Positions 9,531 through 19,903 of a DNA stretch of 64,000 nucleotides are shown piece after piece. Position numbers and translations under genes: made by a program. The DNA is from a virus (taxonomy: Duplodnaviria; Caudoviricetes), in IMG/VR virus record IMGVR_UViG_2926471356_000005, positions 1-64,000 of that record. One strand, given 5' to 3'. The notes under the pieces were generated by a model, which saw only the letters and a program-made list of their open reading frames with translations, ran no database searches and had not been told where the DNA came from. Position 1 is the stretch's first letter. Every line of letters starts with the position of its first letter.

Positions 9531-12500
9531 TTATCCTGTAAAACTATAACCATTGGCTTTCTTCTGAGTGGTCACAGCGTCAGTCACCACACGGTTACCA
9601 ACCTGCACCACGGTTTTCTCTTCCTTATCAGCCTGCCTACGCATATCATCAGCCATCTGAACCATGGTCGGTTCAACGTACTCATGGTAGAAATCCTCCA
9701 TGGCTTCACGGAAGCCCATTGCGGAAACCTCCGTGCTGCTCTGTACGTTAGAAGAAATAGACCGGGAGAATGCGGCAGAGTCATAATATTTCAAAGCAGA
9801 AGTATCAACTGCCAGTGCCATTGTCGGACTGAAATTCGTGAAGGAATCAGCCCATGTGCCGACTACAGATTTCGTACTCTTACCAACCTGGGCAATCGCA
9901 TTGTTGAAACCTGCAACGGCAAAACCACCAATCTCATAAAAGACCTTAGACGGGGAGTTTACGTCCAACTTATCCTTGAACCAAGAAATGATTGAACTAC
10001 CCCAGGAAGAGATTGTGCTTTTGCAAGTATGGTACAATTCACCGATACCGTTCTTAAAACCACTCACTACGTCAGAAGCTACATTGTAGAAACCGTTGTA
10101 GGAGCAATGTGCTGTGAACCAACTCTTCACGCTGCTACCGAAGGTACTCATGTTACCCTGTGCCGTAGTATAGTACCCGCCGATTCTGTTCTTGAATCCA
10201 TCAACTACACTGGTTGCAAATCCAGAGAATGCAGAAGCGGAAGCGATACCAGAGAACCAGTTCTTCACATTGGTTGCCCAGGTGGTTATATTGCTCTTTG
10301 TATTCACATACGCAGAACCAATCTTATCCTTAAACCCAGTCACCACATTATTCGCAAAGGTCTGGAAGTTTGTAGAGTTCACACCGCCGAAGCCGCTGTT
10401 CGTAAACCACTCCTTCACATTCGTAGCCCAGGTAATCATGTTGGACTTCGTAGTGGTGTAGGTGGAGCCTACCTTTGTACGGAAGCCCTCAATGACATTC
10501 CCGGCAAACGTCTGGAAGTTCGTGGAGTTTACGCCACCGAAGGAACTATTGGTGAACCATTCCTTGACCTTACTTGCCCAGGTAGTCACGTTCGTTTTGG
10601 TATTGGTGTAGGCACTACCGACTTTGGTTCGGAAACCTTCAATCGTGTTGTTCGCAAAAGTACTGAAAGTGTCGCTGTTCACTCCACCAAAAGAGTTGTT
10701 GCTGAACCAGTCTTTCACTTTGCCTGCCCAAGTGGTCACGTTAGACTTAACCGTGGTATAAGTACCGCCAACTTTGTCTTTGAAGCCGCTTACGATATTG
10801 CCGCCTGTTTCCTTGAAATGCTCAACAATACCCTTGCCGTCCTCACCCTTCGTGAACCACTCAATGACCTTGCCTGCCCATTCCTTAACCTTACCTGCAA
10901 TTTCGCTGAACTTATTAAGTCCCTGTAAGAAACCTTCGACAACATAACCGCCCATCTCCTTCATTACTGTAGAAGGAGAGTGAATACCGAAGCACTCTTT
11001 GAATCCGTCAATGAACGGGTCAAATACGTTCTCCTTAATCCATTTACCGATGTTCTTAATGCCATCCCAAATACCCTCAAGCAGACCTGCTACCCAGTCC
11101 AGACCGCACTTCTTCGTGCCGTCATCGTTGGTAAGGTACTTCTGGAAATACCCAGTAATGTCCTCCCAGATACCCTGCACGAAACCTGCGATAACACTAA
11201 CTGCCGCCCCCAGAGCAGAACCAAGTAACTTAAAGAAGCTCTGTGCCACACCTGCAAAGTCAATTCCCTTGATACAATCCTTTAGATTCTTCCACAGGTC
11301 TTTGCCCATTTTGTTCCAGTTATAGCTTGCAATCCACTCCTGGGCTTCATTGAATGCACCCTTCAAGAAATCGCCAATGCTCTTCCCCACAAGGCTCCAA
11401 TTCAAACCGCCAAGCAAGCCAATCATAAAATCAAGGTCTACCGTGACACCACGAACCAGAAGTCTGCCCAGGTATGTGAAGTCAATTTCCTCCATTGCAC
11501 CATTCAGCAGTTCTGCTATATGGTTACCCAGGTTCTTGAAGTCCGCTGTCTTTAAGAACCAGTATGCTGTCTGTATTGCACCATTCAGTCCGTATCCAAT
11601 CTTGTGACCGATACCAGACCAGTCAATGCTATCCACAATCTCATTGAACTTTTCGCCCAGTAAAGTACCAAGGCTCTCCCAATCACCTGCGTCCAGTGCT
11701 GCTTTCAACTTGTCGGTAAATTCGGAAATGCTACTGTCAATCGGCACGGTTTCAAACATATCACCATAGTTCTTACCACCAGAGCCGCTTCCGCTATTGG
11801 AATCGTTCTTACTGATAATGTTCAGTTCATCAATGCCAACCGTAGCGTCTTTAATATCCTTCGCTGCTTTCTTCGCAGACTTACCCGCTCCAGAGATAGA
11901 ATCACCGTAGGAAGCTGCCGCTTTCTTCGCTTTCGTGAAGGTGGTTGCACCAGACAGTCGGGCGAAAAACTGATTGACGATATTCAGCAGTGCTGCAAAC
12001 TTATCAATCAGAGCGTCTACCGCAGGAGCAATCATGTTGATAAGCGGAGCCACCATAGCACCCATGCTATTTTTGAGGTATTGGAAACTGGTTGCCAGAC
12101 TGTCCATGCTTCCTTTGAACGTACCGCCCATGAGGGAACTGTACATATACAAATTCTGAATACCTTCCTTCATTGCAGCCGTAAGCTGTGCAAAGAAGAA
12201 TCGAATTGCACGGTACATTGCAATACGCTTTAAGGAAGAGAACAAATGACCCATACCCGAGGTTGTTTGTTTCACCTTACTACTCAGTTTGGAACCGATA
12301 GTGCTTCCCAGTTTCTTGCAGGCATTCACTGCTGATTTTGCCGCAGTGCTTACCCCCTTCAAGGTGGCTTGAAATGCTTTCAGAGCAACACCGCCTACAG
12401 CAGAGAATGCTCTTGAGAACACGCCACCTACACCTTGCAGAACACCAAGGAATCCCCTGGTCTGCGTAGCGGCAGCGGTTATCTGGGAAGTATACTGAGT

Positions 12501-12986
12501 AATACCAGAGGTTGCCGCCGTAGCTGCCGCACCTGCGCTTGTAGCACCCGCAGAGTCAGCAGGAGCCGCAGTCCCAGTAGGCGTTGCCGTCTGGTTACCA
12601 GTAATATTTCTCATATTCGGAATCTGAATGCCCTGCATATTCTGTAGAGCAGTGCTGAGTGCTTCAACCTTTTCCACACCAGACCAGTCCAGACTATCCA
12701 GAGAAGCACCGATTTCAGTTATTCTCTTAGAGATTGTGGAGGAAATCTTGACATTGCTCAGAGAGTTAAGGCTTTTCGTCAAATCTTCAATCTTCTCAAT
12801 CCCGGACATACTCAGCTTTGCATTGCTGATTGCGTCCAATTTCTTGCTGATATTGTTCAGACCTGCACCGCCTTTGGTTGCTGCTTTCAGCTTATTGAAG
12901 CTGTTAATCAGAGCGTCCACACCTTTAGCGGCATTTTCGGACTTCGCTTCAATTTGAAACTCAAGACCTTCAATCTCAACTGCCAT
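9531..12986 (-). CDS. tape measure protein
   Basis: 1151 aa, Ala/Gly-rich, ~50-aa W/F-spaced repeats, after chaperones. Confidence 0.9.
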   Translation of the reverse strand: MAVEIEGLEFQIEAKSENAAKGVDALINSFNKLKAATKGGAGLNNISKKLDAISNAKLSMSGIEKIEDLTKSLNSLSNVKISSTISKRITEIGASLDSLDWSGVEKVEALSTALQNMQGIQIPNMRNITGNQTATPTGTAAPADSAGATSAGAAATAATSGITQYTSQITAAATQTRGFLGVLQGVGGVFSRAFSAVGGVALKAFQATLKGVSTAAKSAVNACKKLGSTIGSKLSSKVKQTTSGMGHLFSSLKRIAMYRAIRFFFAQLTAAMKEGIQNLYMYSSLMGGTFKGSMDSLATSFQYLKNSMGAMVAPLINMIAPAVDALIDKFAALLNIVNQFFARLSGATTFTKAKKAAASYGDSISGAGKSAKKAAKDIKDATVGIDELNIISKNDSNSGSGSGGKNYGDMFETVPIDSSISEFTDKLKAALDAGDWESLGTLLGEKFNEIVDSIDWSGIGHKIGYGLNGAIQTAYWFLKTADFKNLGNHIAELLNGAMEEIDFTYLGRLLVRGVTVDLDFMIGLLGGLNWSLVGKSIGDFLKGAFNEAQEWIASYNWNKMGKDLWKNLKDCIKGIDFAGVAQSFFKLLGSALGAAVSVIAGFVQGIWEDITGYFQKYLTNDDGTKKCGLDWVAGLLEGIWDGIKNIGKWIKENVFDPFIDGFKECFGIHSPSTVMKEMGGYVVEGFLQGLNKFSEIAGKVKEWAGKVIEWFTKGEDGKGIVEHFKETGGNIVSGFKDKVGGTYTTVKSNVTTWAGKVKDWFSNNSFGGVNSDTFSTFANNTIEGFRTKVGSAYTNTKTNVTTWASKVKEWFTNSSFGGVNSTNFQTFAGNVIEGFRTKVGSTYTTTKSNMITWATNVKEWFTNSGFGGVNSTNFQTFANNVVTGFKDKIGSAYVNTKSNITTWATNVKNWFSGIASASAFSGFATSVVDGFKNRIGGYYTTAQGNMSTFGSSVKSWFTAHCSYNGFYNVASDVVSGFKNGIGELYHTCKSTISSWGSSIISWFKDKLDVNSPSKVFYEIGGFAVAGFNNAIAQVGKSTKSVVGTWADSFTNFSPTMALAVDTSALKYYDSAAFSRSISSNVQSSTEVSAMGFREAMEDFYHEYVEPTMVQMADDMRRQADKEEKTVVQVGNRVVTDAVTTQKKANGYSFTG

Positions 12987-12989
12987 GAT

Positions 12990-13460
12990 TTATTCCTCCT
13001 TCCGTTTGAATTTTGAATTAACCCCTGCCATTATCTGCTTCATGGCTTCCTTACCTGCATTCATCTTTTTGTAATTCTCTTCCTCTTGCTGCTGTCTATG
13101 ACGTGCTTCTGTAAGAGGAATCGGAGCCTGCCTATAAGGAATCGGCTTGTGCTTTTTGCTCATAGCGTTCAGTACTGGGGAAGCGTCAACCAACGCTTCA
13201 TAGAAATACAGACCTTGTAGCCAAAGGGCTTCATTCTGCCGTTCTTTGACCTTTTCATCCATATCCCTGTAGTACTGTGCCATCTCACAATCACCATCCC
13301 AGTAATCGTGATAACCCATTCCCAGACTCATGTAATAACCGCAGAGTTCTTCAAAAGTTTCCCCGTAACGATAAACAACGGGCAAGCGGCGGTTGCCGCC
13401 GCCCGTTGCAGCATGGGAGTCCGAACCCGTTACCAGTTCGCTTCCCAACTCACGTTTTTT
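12990..13460 (-). CDS. tail assembly chaperone GT, -1 frameshift extension
   Basis: Frame entered through A-AAA-AAC at 13460-13454. Confidence 0.75.
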   Translation of the reverse strand, partial: KKRELGSELVTGSDSHAATGGGNRRLPVVYRYGETFEELCGYYMSLGMGYHDYWDGDCEMAQYYRDMDEKVKERQNEALWLQGLYFYEALVDASPVLNAMSKKHKPIPYRQAPIPLTEARHRQQQEEENYKKMNAGKEAMKQIMAGVNSKFKRKEE

Positions 13461-13762
13461 ACCGCTTTCTCATCGGGTTCCTCCATTAGGGTCACTATCG
13501 GGTCATTGTACATCTCTGCCAACTTACCAATCAGTTCATCCTTATGAGGCATACCCTCATAAATCTTGTCAATCACATCCTGCTTCACGAAACGATGATG
13601 CGCCTTAAATGCACCTGCAAAAAGAGCAGGAAGCAGAGTCATAGGCTTACGGTCAATGTCCTGTGCGACAAAGCCCTCATCCTCCATCTGCTTGACAGTA
13701 CGCCTGGTAAACTCAAGCGTGTATTCCTTATCTTCATAGGTAAAAACAATCTGTTTAGCCAT
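13430..13762 (-). CDS. tail assembly chaperone G
   Basis: Between major tail protein and tape measure; slippery heptamer near its end. Confidence 0.8.
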   Translation of the reverse strand: MAKQIVFTYEDKEYTLEFTRRTVKQMEDEGFVAQDIDRKPMTLLPALFAGAFKAHHRFVKQDVIDKIYEGMPHKDELIGKLAEMYNDPIVTLMEEPDEKAVKNVSWEANW

Positions 13763-13801
13763 TGCTTAACTCTCCTTTAATTCTCAAAATTAAATGTAAT
13801 C

Positions 13802-14227
13802 TTACTCTTCGTTCTCAGTGATAGGAGTGGACGGGGCAATCGTAATCGCCATACCACGAACCTCATTAACGCCGCCGCCAGTAACGTAGACGGACAGTTC
13901 GCCTGCAAACTTGAACTTGCCCTCAGAACCCGTAGGAGTCGGGGAACTTGCAGTCTCAGTGCCACCAAACCATACTGCGTATTCCTCGTTCTTACCCTCA
14001 AGGGCTTTCAGAGCCTTGTACTCAGTGTGATCATAGTTGGCATTAAAGGTCATGCCGTCATTACTCTGGACACCATTCACATAGGTCTGCATTTTGTCAG
14101 ACAGAGTGGTGGTTTCAAGCAGTTCCGGGTCACCGCCCAGGTCGGGGAACTCAGTAATGTTAAGCAGCTTCTCCCATGCCGTTTCCTTCTTGTGCATGAG
14201 GAAAGTCATATAAGTACTTGTAGCCAT
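13802..14227 (-). CDS. major tail protein
   Basis: FPDLGGDPELLETTTLSD motif; position. Confidence 0.8.
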   Translation of the reverse strand: MATSTYMTFLMHKKETAWEKLLNITEFPDLGGDPELLETTTLSDKMQTYVNGVQSNDGMTFNANYDHTEYKALKALEGKNEEYAVWFGGTETASSPTPTGSEGKFKFAGELSVYVTGGGVNEVRGMAITIAPSTPITENEE

Positions 14228-14232
14228 TTCAC

Positions 14233-14643
14233 TTACCTCCTGTAAAAGTGTTTTCCATCGGTAGCCACACGGAAGCGGGCTGTAATCCGATAGATTGTTG
14301 CGTCCTCCATGTTCGGCACCGGGGTCATAGCCGTGCGCCTAAAATTCATGAAGTACAATGCGTCATTGATTTCTTTGATAATCTTCTTGCATTCTGTTTT
14401 CTTACCATCTGCCTTATTGGAGTAGACATTGATTTCAAACATGGCAATAACCGTGTTCTCTTTCGTGCTGCTGTCCTGCCACTCCGTAGGGATATAGCAG
14501 TCACTCTGGGTAATACTCACATGAGGAAAAGAAGAAGGTGATTTCACATATTCACTGGCAATATCAATCTTAGGAAATTTCTCTCTCAAGATTTTTGCAA
14601 GCCTTGTATAGACTTCGTTTTCGCAGTCAATCATGTGTAACAC
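14233..14643 (-). CDS. tail terminator/completion protein
   Basis: SFPHVSI, EINVYSN; position. Confidence 0.65.
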   Translation of the reverse strand: MLHMIDCENEVYTRLAKILREKFPKIDIASEYVKSPSSFPHVSITQSDCYIPTEWQDSSTKENTVIAMFEINVYSNKADGKKTECKKIIKEINDALYFMNFRRTAMTPVPNMEDATIYRITARFRVATDGKHFYRR

Positions 14644-15164
14644 CTCCTTGCTATCTCTTCAAACTTCTCTTCCAACTCTCTGACTGTTTCGTACATACTC
14701 ATGTTTGCAGGGTTACCGTAGGTGTGAACTTCACCTGCGTGTTTTCCCGTGGTAATAACTTCACCGTTAGAACCAGGGTCACCAGTGTATCGCCATCCCT
14801 TTTCAAGCCGTCCCAGTTTATAACCATAACCACCACGGGTGAAACCGTTCTTGCCTGCTTCCGGGTGATTGTCTGGGTACTTGATACCTGTGCCAAACTC
14901 AATAAAGAGGACTGAACTTCCTACAGCTACCACGGCTATTTTGTTGTTGTTATCCCGGCTCTCTACAGACACGCTCACATCATTCGTACCGTCATAGACG
15001 GCTGTCTGGAACTTTGCCGTAGCTACCTGGACTCCGTCTTCGCCGAGGGCTTGTATGAATTTTTCAGTACACTCTTTCAACCACGTCTTGTAGTTCTTGA
15101 GTTCTTTAATGGCATTGTCAATGCTCTTTTCGGATAACGTAACTTTGATAACACGCTTGTTCAC
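14631..15164 (-). CDS. HK97 gp10-like neck/tail-completion protein
   Basis: FIEFGTG motif; position. Confidence 0.7.
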   Translation of the reverse strand: MNKRVIKVTLSEKSIDNAIKELKNYKTWLKECTEKFIQALGEDGVQVATAKFQTAVYDGTNDVSVSVESRDNNNKIAVVAVGSSVLFIEFGTGIKYPDNHPEAGKNGFTRGGYGYKLGRLEKGWRYTGDPGSNGEVITTGKHAGEVHTYGNPANMSMYETVRELEEKFEEIARRCYT

Positions 15165-15535
15165 GATACGGTCACCTTGCTAATAGCGTAAGAGATACTG
15201 GTAAGGGACTTTGCAACACGCCGTACCCTATAGTCACAGAGAGGATTGCCGTCATTTCCGAACTCTGGCTCTTTATCCACAAAGAGCAGGGTGTTTTCGT
15301 CAATGGGACAATTTATATCATCGGTAATGAGTACCTTGTCATAGGACTCTAAGTTACCGAACATATTCACCTGGGCATATCCAGTCGCAGGTGAAACACT
15401 GCATTGCAGTTCAACAGGGCTTTCATAACCCACCTGGTATTCACCAGTTTCATTCCCGTCATCATCCAGAAGCGGCTCCCTGCCTTTATACAGGCAGTAA
15501 TGCACGGGCTTGAGATTACGCTTCATCAGCTTCAT
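15161..15535 (-). CDS. head closure protein
   Basis: Position after connector; coupled ORF. Confidence 0.6.
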   Translation of the reverse strand: MKLMKRNLKPVHYCLYKGREPLLDDDGNETGEYQVGYESPVELQCSVSPATGYAQVNMFGNLESYDKVLITDDINCPIDENTLLFVDKEPEFGNDGNPLCDYRVRRVAKSLTSISYAISKVTVS

Positions 15536-15852
15536 AGAATCACCCCCGCCATAGGAAGGATTCGCCGCAGCAGGGTAGGGGGAATGTCACCATCTTCATA
15601 AGAACGGGAAACGCCGTTTTCGCTGTGTGCTGTTTCACCCTCTGCCCCACGCTTATTCAGCATATAAGCGGTAATCTCAACATGAACCGTGTCATATTTT
15701 ACAGGAACCGTATCTTCTTCCGTATAAGGGTAGGCACGGGAAAGCACTACCCCTTTCGCTAAAGTGAGGTAAGTGGACAACACATCGTTATCCGTTTCCT
15801 CTGTCATGCTTTTCAGCATGGTCAGCTTCTCTTCATCGGTCATGTTGTCCAC
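15532..15852 (-). CDS. head-tail connector (gp6/gp15-like)
   Basis: NKRGAEGETAHSENGVSRSYE motif. Confidence 0.8.
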   Translation of the reverse strand: MDNMTDEEKLTMLKSMTEETDNDVLSTYLTLAKGVVLSRAYPYTEEDTVPVKYDTVHVEITAYMLNKRGAEGETAHSENGVSRSYEDGDIPPTLLRRILPMAGVIL

Positions 15853-15868
15853 CTCCTTCTAATTTCCA

Positions 15869-16885
15869 TTAGCCCGTAGTCTTGCCAATGTCAGCGGCAT
15901 TCGCCACATAAACAGAACGGCTGTAGGTCGGCTTCTCAAAGGTAGTAGAAATACCAGTGAACTTGCCGTGATACCATTCGGGACCATGGTCAAGACCAAT
16001 CTGACCGAAAAGCTGATACTTCTCACCCGCACCCGTCTTAGCAAGCGGCTCCAGGAAGAAGTTACCCTTACCCGGAACAGGCTGATAAACAGGAGCCAGA
16101 ACATCAAGGTTCAGAAGCATTGCCGTACCCGCAGACAGGCACTCACCCAGATACAGGTAAACAACACCGATAGGGGTTACCACACTGGAAAGAGCAATAC
16201 CGTTAATCTCGCGGGCAGCAGGAACCACAGTCAGACCATTCTGAACAGCGTCAGCGTTGACCTGGAACAGAGTCACAGCGTCACACCACAGCACCAGACC
16301 GTCAGTCGGAGCATTCGCACCGTAAATCTTCTTCACCATGTCGGCAATGTCCCACAGACCCAGGGGCTTCTTAGCCATTGCCATGGTGTTAGAGGTGATA
16401 GCATTCACCAGACCACGGGTCTTGTTTACCGCAGAGTCAGAAGTAGCCTTGTTGTACTCACCGTTGATAAAGGTGTACTCAATATCACGGTTGACCTTCT
16501 GAATCTTAGCGGCAACCTGGAAGTCCAGTTCGCTCATCGGGTTTGCCTGCTGCTCTGCGACATTGATACCGCTCAGTGTACCCATGTTACTCTGCTTACC
16601 GTAAGAAATACCAACAGACTCCTGGAAAATCTGAGTGACGTTCGTTTTCTGAGAACGGGTCACAACATCAGCGTCCGGGGCAGTCAGAGAAGCACTCTCA
16701 CTGATTGCAGGCTGAGATCCGCTACCATTAGAGGTGTACTCCTGTCCAGTAACGAACTCTACATGATTCGTGGTTTTCGCCTTACTACCGATAATGGAAG
16801 AAAGCGGGGTACGCACGTTACCCTTGTTAAACAGCATTCCGGAATAGTTCAGAACGCCTAAACTGGTTGCAAACGTATCTGCCAT
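15869..16885 (-). CDS. major capsid protein
   Basis: 338 aa after scaffold; NVTQIFQESVGIS motif (DUF5309/SU10-like). Confidence 0.8.
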   Translation of the reverse strand: MADTFATSLGVLNYSGMLFNKGNVRTPLSSIIGSKAKTTNHVEFVTGQEYTSNGSGSQPAISESASLTAPDADVVTRSQKTNVTQIFQESVGISYGKQSNMGTLSGINVAEQQANPMSELDFQVAAKIQKVNRDIEYTFINGEYNKATSDSAVNKTRGLVNAITSNTMAMAKKPLGLWDIADMVKKIYGANAPTDGLVLWCDAVTLFQVNADAVQNGLTVVPAAREINGIALSSVVTPIGVVYLYLGECLSAGTAMLLNLDVLAPVYQPVPGKGNFFLEPLAKTGAGEKYQLFGQIGLDHGPEWYHGKFTGISTTFEKPTYSRSVYVANAADIGKTTG

Positions 16886-16904
16886 TGTCTTTTACCTCCG
16901 ATTT

Positions 16905-17495
16905 TTACTCTTTCATCTGATTCGCTTCATCCTGCGCTTTCAGACGTGTATAGTAGGCAACTGCGGTCAAATCGCCGCTTGCCTGCGCTTCTTCGATTTT
17001 CTTAGCGTAATCCATGCCGCCCGTCCCATCAGAACCCGCAGCAGGTCTGGGAGTTTTCTTCATCTGTTCAGCACGAATTGCCTTTTCACGGGACTCATTG
17101 AACGTAACCTGGTTCTTCATAACCGTGTCCATATCGCCGTCAACCATTGCGATAGCAGTACTGTCAGCAAGTTTCTCATCGTAGCCCATAGCTACCAGTT
17201 TGGTCTTTTTGTCTGCCAGAGCGATAGAACGCTTCAAATCGGTATTCTCCTGGGTCAGCTTGTCCATGGTTGCTTTCTGTTCAGCGGCAGCGGCTTCATC
17301 AGCAGTCTGCTTACCTCTTAACTGCTTTTTGTAATCAGCAGCTTCGGAATTGGCTTTAGAAAGCTGTGCTTTCAGACGATTGATTTCAGCGTCATTATTC
17401 TGACCTGCACCCGCAGCCTGTAAAGCAGTAGAAATCTCTTCCTCAGTCATACCTTCCTTGTAGGAATCCCCAAGCAAATCACTTAAATAACTCAT
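16905..17495 (-). CDS. capsid scaffolding protein
   Basis: Coiled-coil, A/E/K-rich, before capsid gene. Confidence 0.75.
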   Translation of the reverse strand: MSYLSDLLGDSYKEGMTEEEISTALQAAGAGQNNDAEINRLKAQLSKANSEAADYKKQLRGKQTADEAAAAEQKATMDKLTQENTDLKRSIALADKKTKLVAMGYDEKLADSTAIAMVDGDMDTVMKNQVTFNESREKAIRAEQMKKTPRPAAGSDGTGGMDYAKKIEEAQASGDLTAVAYYTRLKAQDEANQMKE

Positions 17496-17509
17496 TATAA
17501 AGTCCTCCT

Positions 17510-17589
17510 TGCGTTTTAAGGTGTTCCCTCACCGTGTTCTTCTGTTTTATCCTCTTGTCTGAGTGTGCGTTTTAAGGTGTTCCCTCACC
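17510..17589 (-). repeat. 24-bp direct repeat pair in scaffold leader
   Basis: TGCGTTTTAAGGTGTTCCCTCACC at 17510-17533 and 17566-17589. Confidence 0.9.
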
Positions 17590-17600
17590 ATACAAGCAGG

Positions 17601-18203
17601 TCAATCCTGCGAAGTATCAGTTTCAAGTTTCAATACACAGCGGCAGTTCACATTATTCTCTGCCTTAGTGAACTCACCAGGTCTGGAAGCATGGTCACCA
17701 TCAAAGGTATAAAACTCTTCGTCCAGAGCCACACTTACACCTTCCAGGTATTTGTGAGTATCCCGAACGGCTTCATCCCGGACAGTTACCCATTTCTTTG
17801 AGACTCCCAGTCCTCTTGTAGACTGAAACTCATAGGCTCCATCCTCTTCCGCTGCATTGAATACCCGGTGATATTCGGATTCGACTAACGTCTGTAAGCC
17901 CGACAAATCCCCGGCTATCACATGGTCAGCGATTCTATCCTCAAAGGTTTTACCGTCTATCACCTCATAAATAGCTTCCTCCATGGAATCCACGTCTACG
18001 GTCAAATCGTAGGCAAGCATATCTGCCGTGGCTGTAATGCCCTGCTGATAAGCCCGAATGAGGAGTGATAAAATGTCATCCGCAATCTGAGCAACCTTTG
18101 AGGTCATATCCTTCCCGGAAGCGGAGTAATAACTGGTGGAAGTCAGAATGTTAAGTTCATCAAACGCAGCAATATAAGCTAAAAATGTATTATTCATAGG
18201 CAA
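17601..18203 (-). CDS. minor head protein (Phage_Mu_F/SPP1 gp7-like)
   Basis: KKWVTVRDEAVRDTH...NCRC. Confidence 0.8.
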   Translation of the reverse strand: MPMNNTFLAYIAAFDELNILTSTSYYSASGKDMTSKVAQIADDILSLLIRAYQQGITATADMLAYDLTVDVDSMEEAIYEVIDGKTFEDRIADHVIAGDLSGLQTLVESEYHRVFNAAEEDGAYEFQSTRGLGVSKKWVTVRDEAVRDTHKYLEGVSVALDEEFYTFDGDHASRPGEFTKAENNVNCRCVLKLETDTSQD

Positions 18204-18247
18204 AATAAAAAGGGACTATGAGTTCGTCACTCACAGTCCCATTGGAC
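18202..18247 (-). terminator. intrinsic terminator with conserved 15-mer
   Basis: Stem 18212-18222/18230-18240 plus U-tract; 15-mer shared with 21611-21625. Confidence 0.6.
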
Positions 18248-18270
18248 TCACCAGAACCTCTGCCCTGGTG

Positions 18271-18408
18271 TTACTCTTTCATTCTCATCTTGCGTTTGAT
18301 TTCAACAATCGTAACCTTGCCCTGCTCAATCAGCACTTCCACTCTGCTGCCGTGCTTGAGCAGCGTTTCCACCTGCTGCACCATTTCCTTTGTCAGTATT
18401 GGAGTCAT
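18271..18408 (-). CDS. small hypothetical protein overlapping portal end
   Basis: AAAGGAGG RBS; MTPILTKEMVQQVETLLKHG... Confidence 0.5.
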   Translation of the reverse strand: MTPILTKEMVQQVETLLKHGSRVEVLIEQGKVTIVEIKRKMRMKE

Positions 18409-19801
18409 CGGTTTCATCCTCCTTTTCCGTATTCTGCTTTTCAAGCAACTCCTGTGCTTTCTTCTCCTGTTCCTCTGCATATTCCGCACTTAATGTGTAT
18501 GCCAGGTCAGAATCAACAAACAATCCGCAATGCTCAAAAGCAAGCCGTGGATGAATCTTACTGTTCTTCAACATAAGGTCAAGCACCTGCGCTTTTTGCA
18601 GAATGTTTTCGTAATTTCTTCGGGTAAAGCGAATTTCAATATTGCAAACCTTCAAGTCCATACCTTTCAGAGTTTTGCAGATATTCAGAATCAGTTTAAG
18701 GAAAATCCTCTCACTCTTCTTGAACATCAATTCGCTGTCCTTTGCTCTCGCTTCCGCAGCAGACCAACCATCTCTCATAATAACCGCAGACCCGGTATCA
18801 CTGGTAGACGTACCGCCGTTGCGGTTCGGCATACCACAGATAGTTAATACCGTCTGGTACATATGGTCAATCAGAGTTTGCGTTTCGCCCTGGTTCAGAG
18901 TACTGGTCAGATAAGATACTTCGGCTTTCAACTGAGGGTCAATATCCCGGAACTTAATAGCCCCGTCCTCTCTCAGCTTCTCATAATCGTCAGACGAAAT
19001 ATCTACGTTATGGAAAAGCATGAGTGCCTGGATGAACTGTTCAACACCATCCTGGCGGTTACTGTCCGTAAGGTTAATAGCGTCCAGAAGAGGAATAACC
19101 AACTCAAACGCACCGATACGGGCAATGTTCAGAGGATATTCAATAATTGGAATATCACCCAGAATGTGCGGCTCTGCCTTGATGATATGAGATTCTACAA
19201 TCTCAAAATACTCATGGTCAGAGTAGCAACTATAGTGAACTATGCCGTTGTCATCCACCACATACTTGACACCCAGAAGCGGCTTGTTTCCAAGACCGTT
19301 GTTGTACACCACAAAGGCGTTTCGTGGGTCAAGCGTATAAATTTCAAACGGGGAGTCATCATCCTCACCTACGTCCTCATCTGGAAGAACCATTCTGAAA
19401 GACGTACCGCAGATATGGAACCAGTCAGCAAGTTCCTTATCTTTTGCAGGCTTCTCTTCGGCAAACACAAATTCGTTAAGCTGATTGATTGCGTCAGATA
19501 AGTTATCACCGTTACCACGGGAAACATACTGTAGAGGTTCGCCCATCAAGTAGCCAGACTTGAAGGACACAATCTCATTCGCCCGGTTCTCTACGATTTT
19601 ATTACAAATCTCTGGACGAACCTGTTTCTCACGGTTGAGAATCGGCTGTAATCCTCTGTAGTAGTACCACAGATATTGAATTTCACTGCGATTCTCCCAG
19701 TGATAAGGAAGTGCCTTATTGAGAATCGCAACCACGTTCTCAACGGTCACTTCGGTTTCATCAGACTTTATCATGCGTCTACCGTATAAACCGAAAGACA
19801 C
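18326..19801 (-). CDS. portal protein (SPP1-like)
   Basis: NKIVENRANEIVSFKSGYLMGEP; IPIIEYP; probable GTG start after GGAGG. Confidence 0.9.
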   Translation of the reverse strand: MSFGLYGRRMIKSDETEVTVENVVAILNKALPYHWENRSEIQYLWYYYRGLQPILNREKQVRPEICNKIVENRANEIVSFKSGYLMGEPLQYVSRGNGDNLSDAINQLNEFVFAEEKPAKDKELADWFHICGTSFRMVLPDEDVGEDDDSPFEIYTLDPRNAFVVYNNGLGNKPLLGVKYVVDDNGIVHYSCYSDHEYFEIVESHIIKAEPHILGDIPIIEYPLNIARIGAFELVIPLLDAINLTDSNRQDGVEQFIQALMLFHNVDISSDDYEKLREDGAIKFRDIDPQLKAEVSYLTSTLNQGETQTLIDHMYQTVLTICGMPNRNGGTSTSDTGSAVIMRDGWSAAEARAKDSELMFKKSERIFLKLILNICKTLKGMDLKVCNIEIRFTRRNYENILQKAQVLDLMLKNSKIHPRLAFEHCGLFVDSDLAYTLSAEYAEEQEKKAQELLEKQNTEKEDETDDSNTDKGNGAAGGNAAQARQQSGSAD

Positions 19802-19903
19802 GCAAGCCACCTCCAATCCTAATATTTCTATTGTAATTATAGTACTCTCCAATTGTTATTTCAAGAGGTTTCTTGATAATAGGTTTGGAGAGTTTCACAT
19901 AAA

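Noticed and set aside
10100-10820. ~150-bp tandem repeats
   Set aside because: Ordinary tape-measure coding repeats.
10029-10928. Long antisense ORFs (also 15968-16861, 35224-36237, 55922-56923)
   Set aside because: Shadows of well-supported genes on the other strand, with no recognisable motifs.
17510-17589. Mini CRISPR array (24-bp repeats, 32-bp spacer)
   Set aside because: Only two repeats, no cas genes, and one repeat abuts an RBS; a leader regulatory element fits better.
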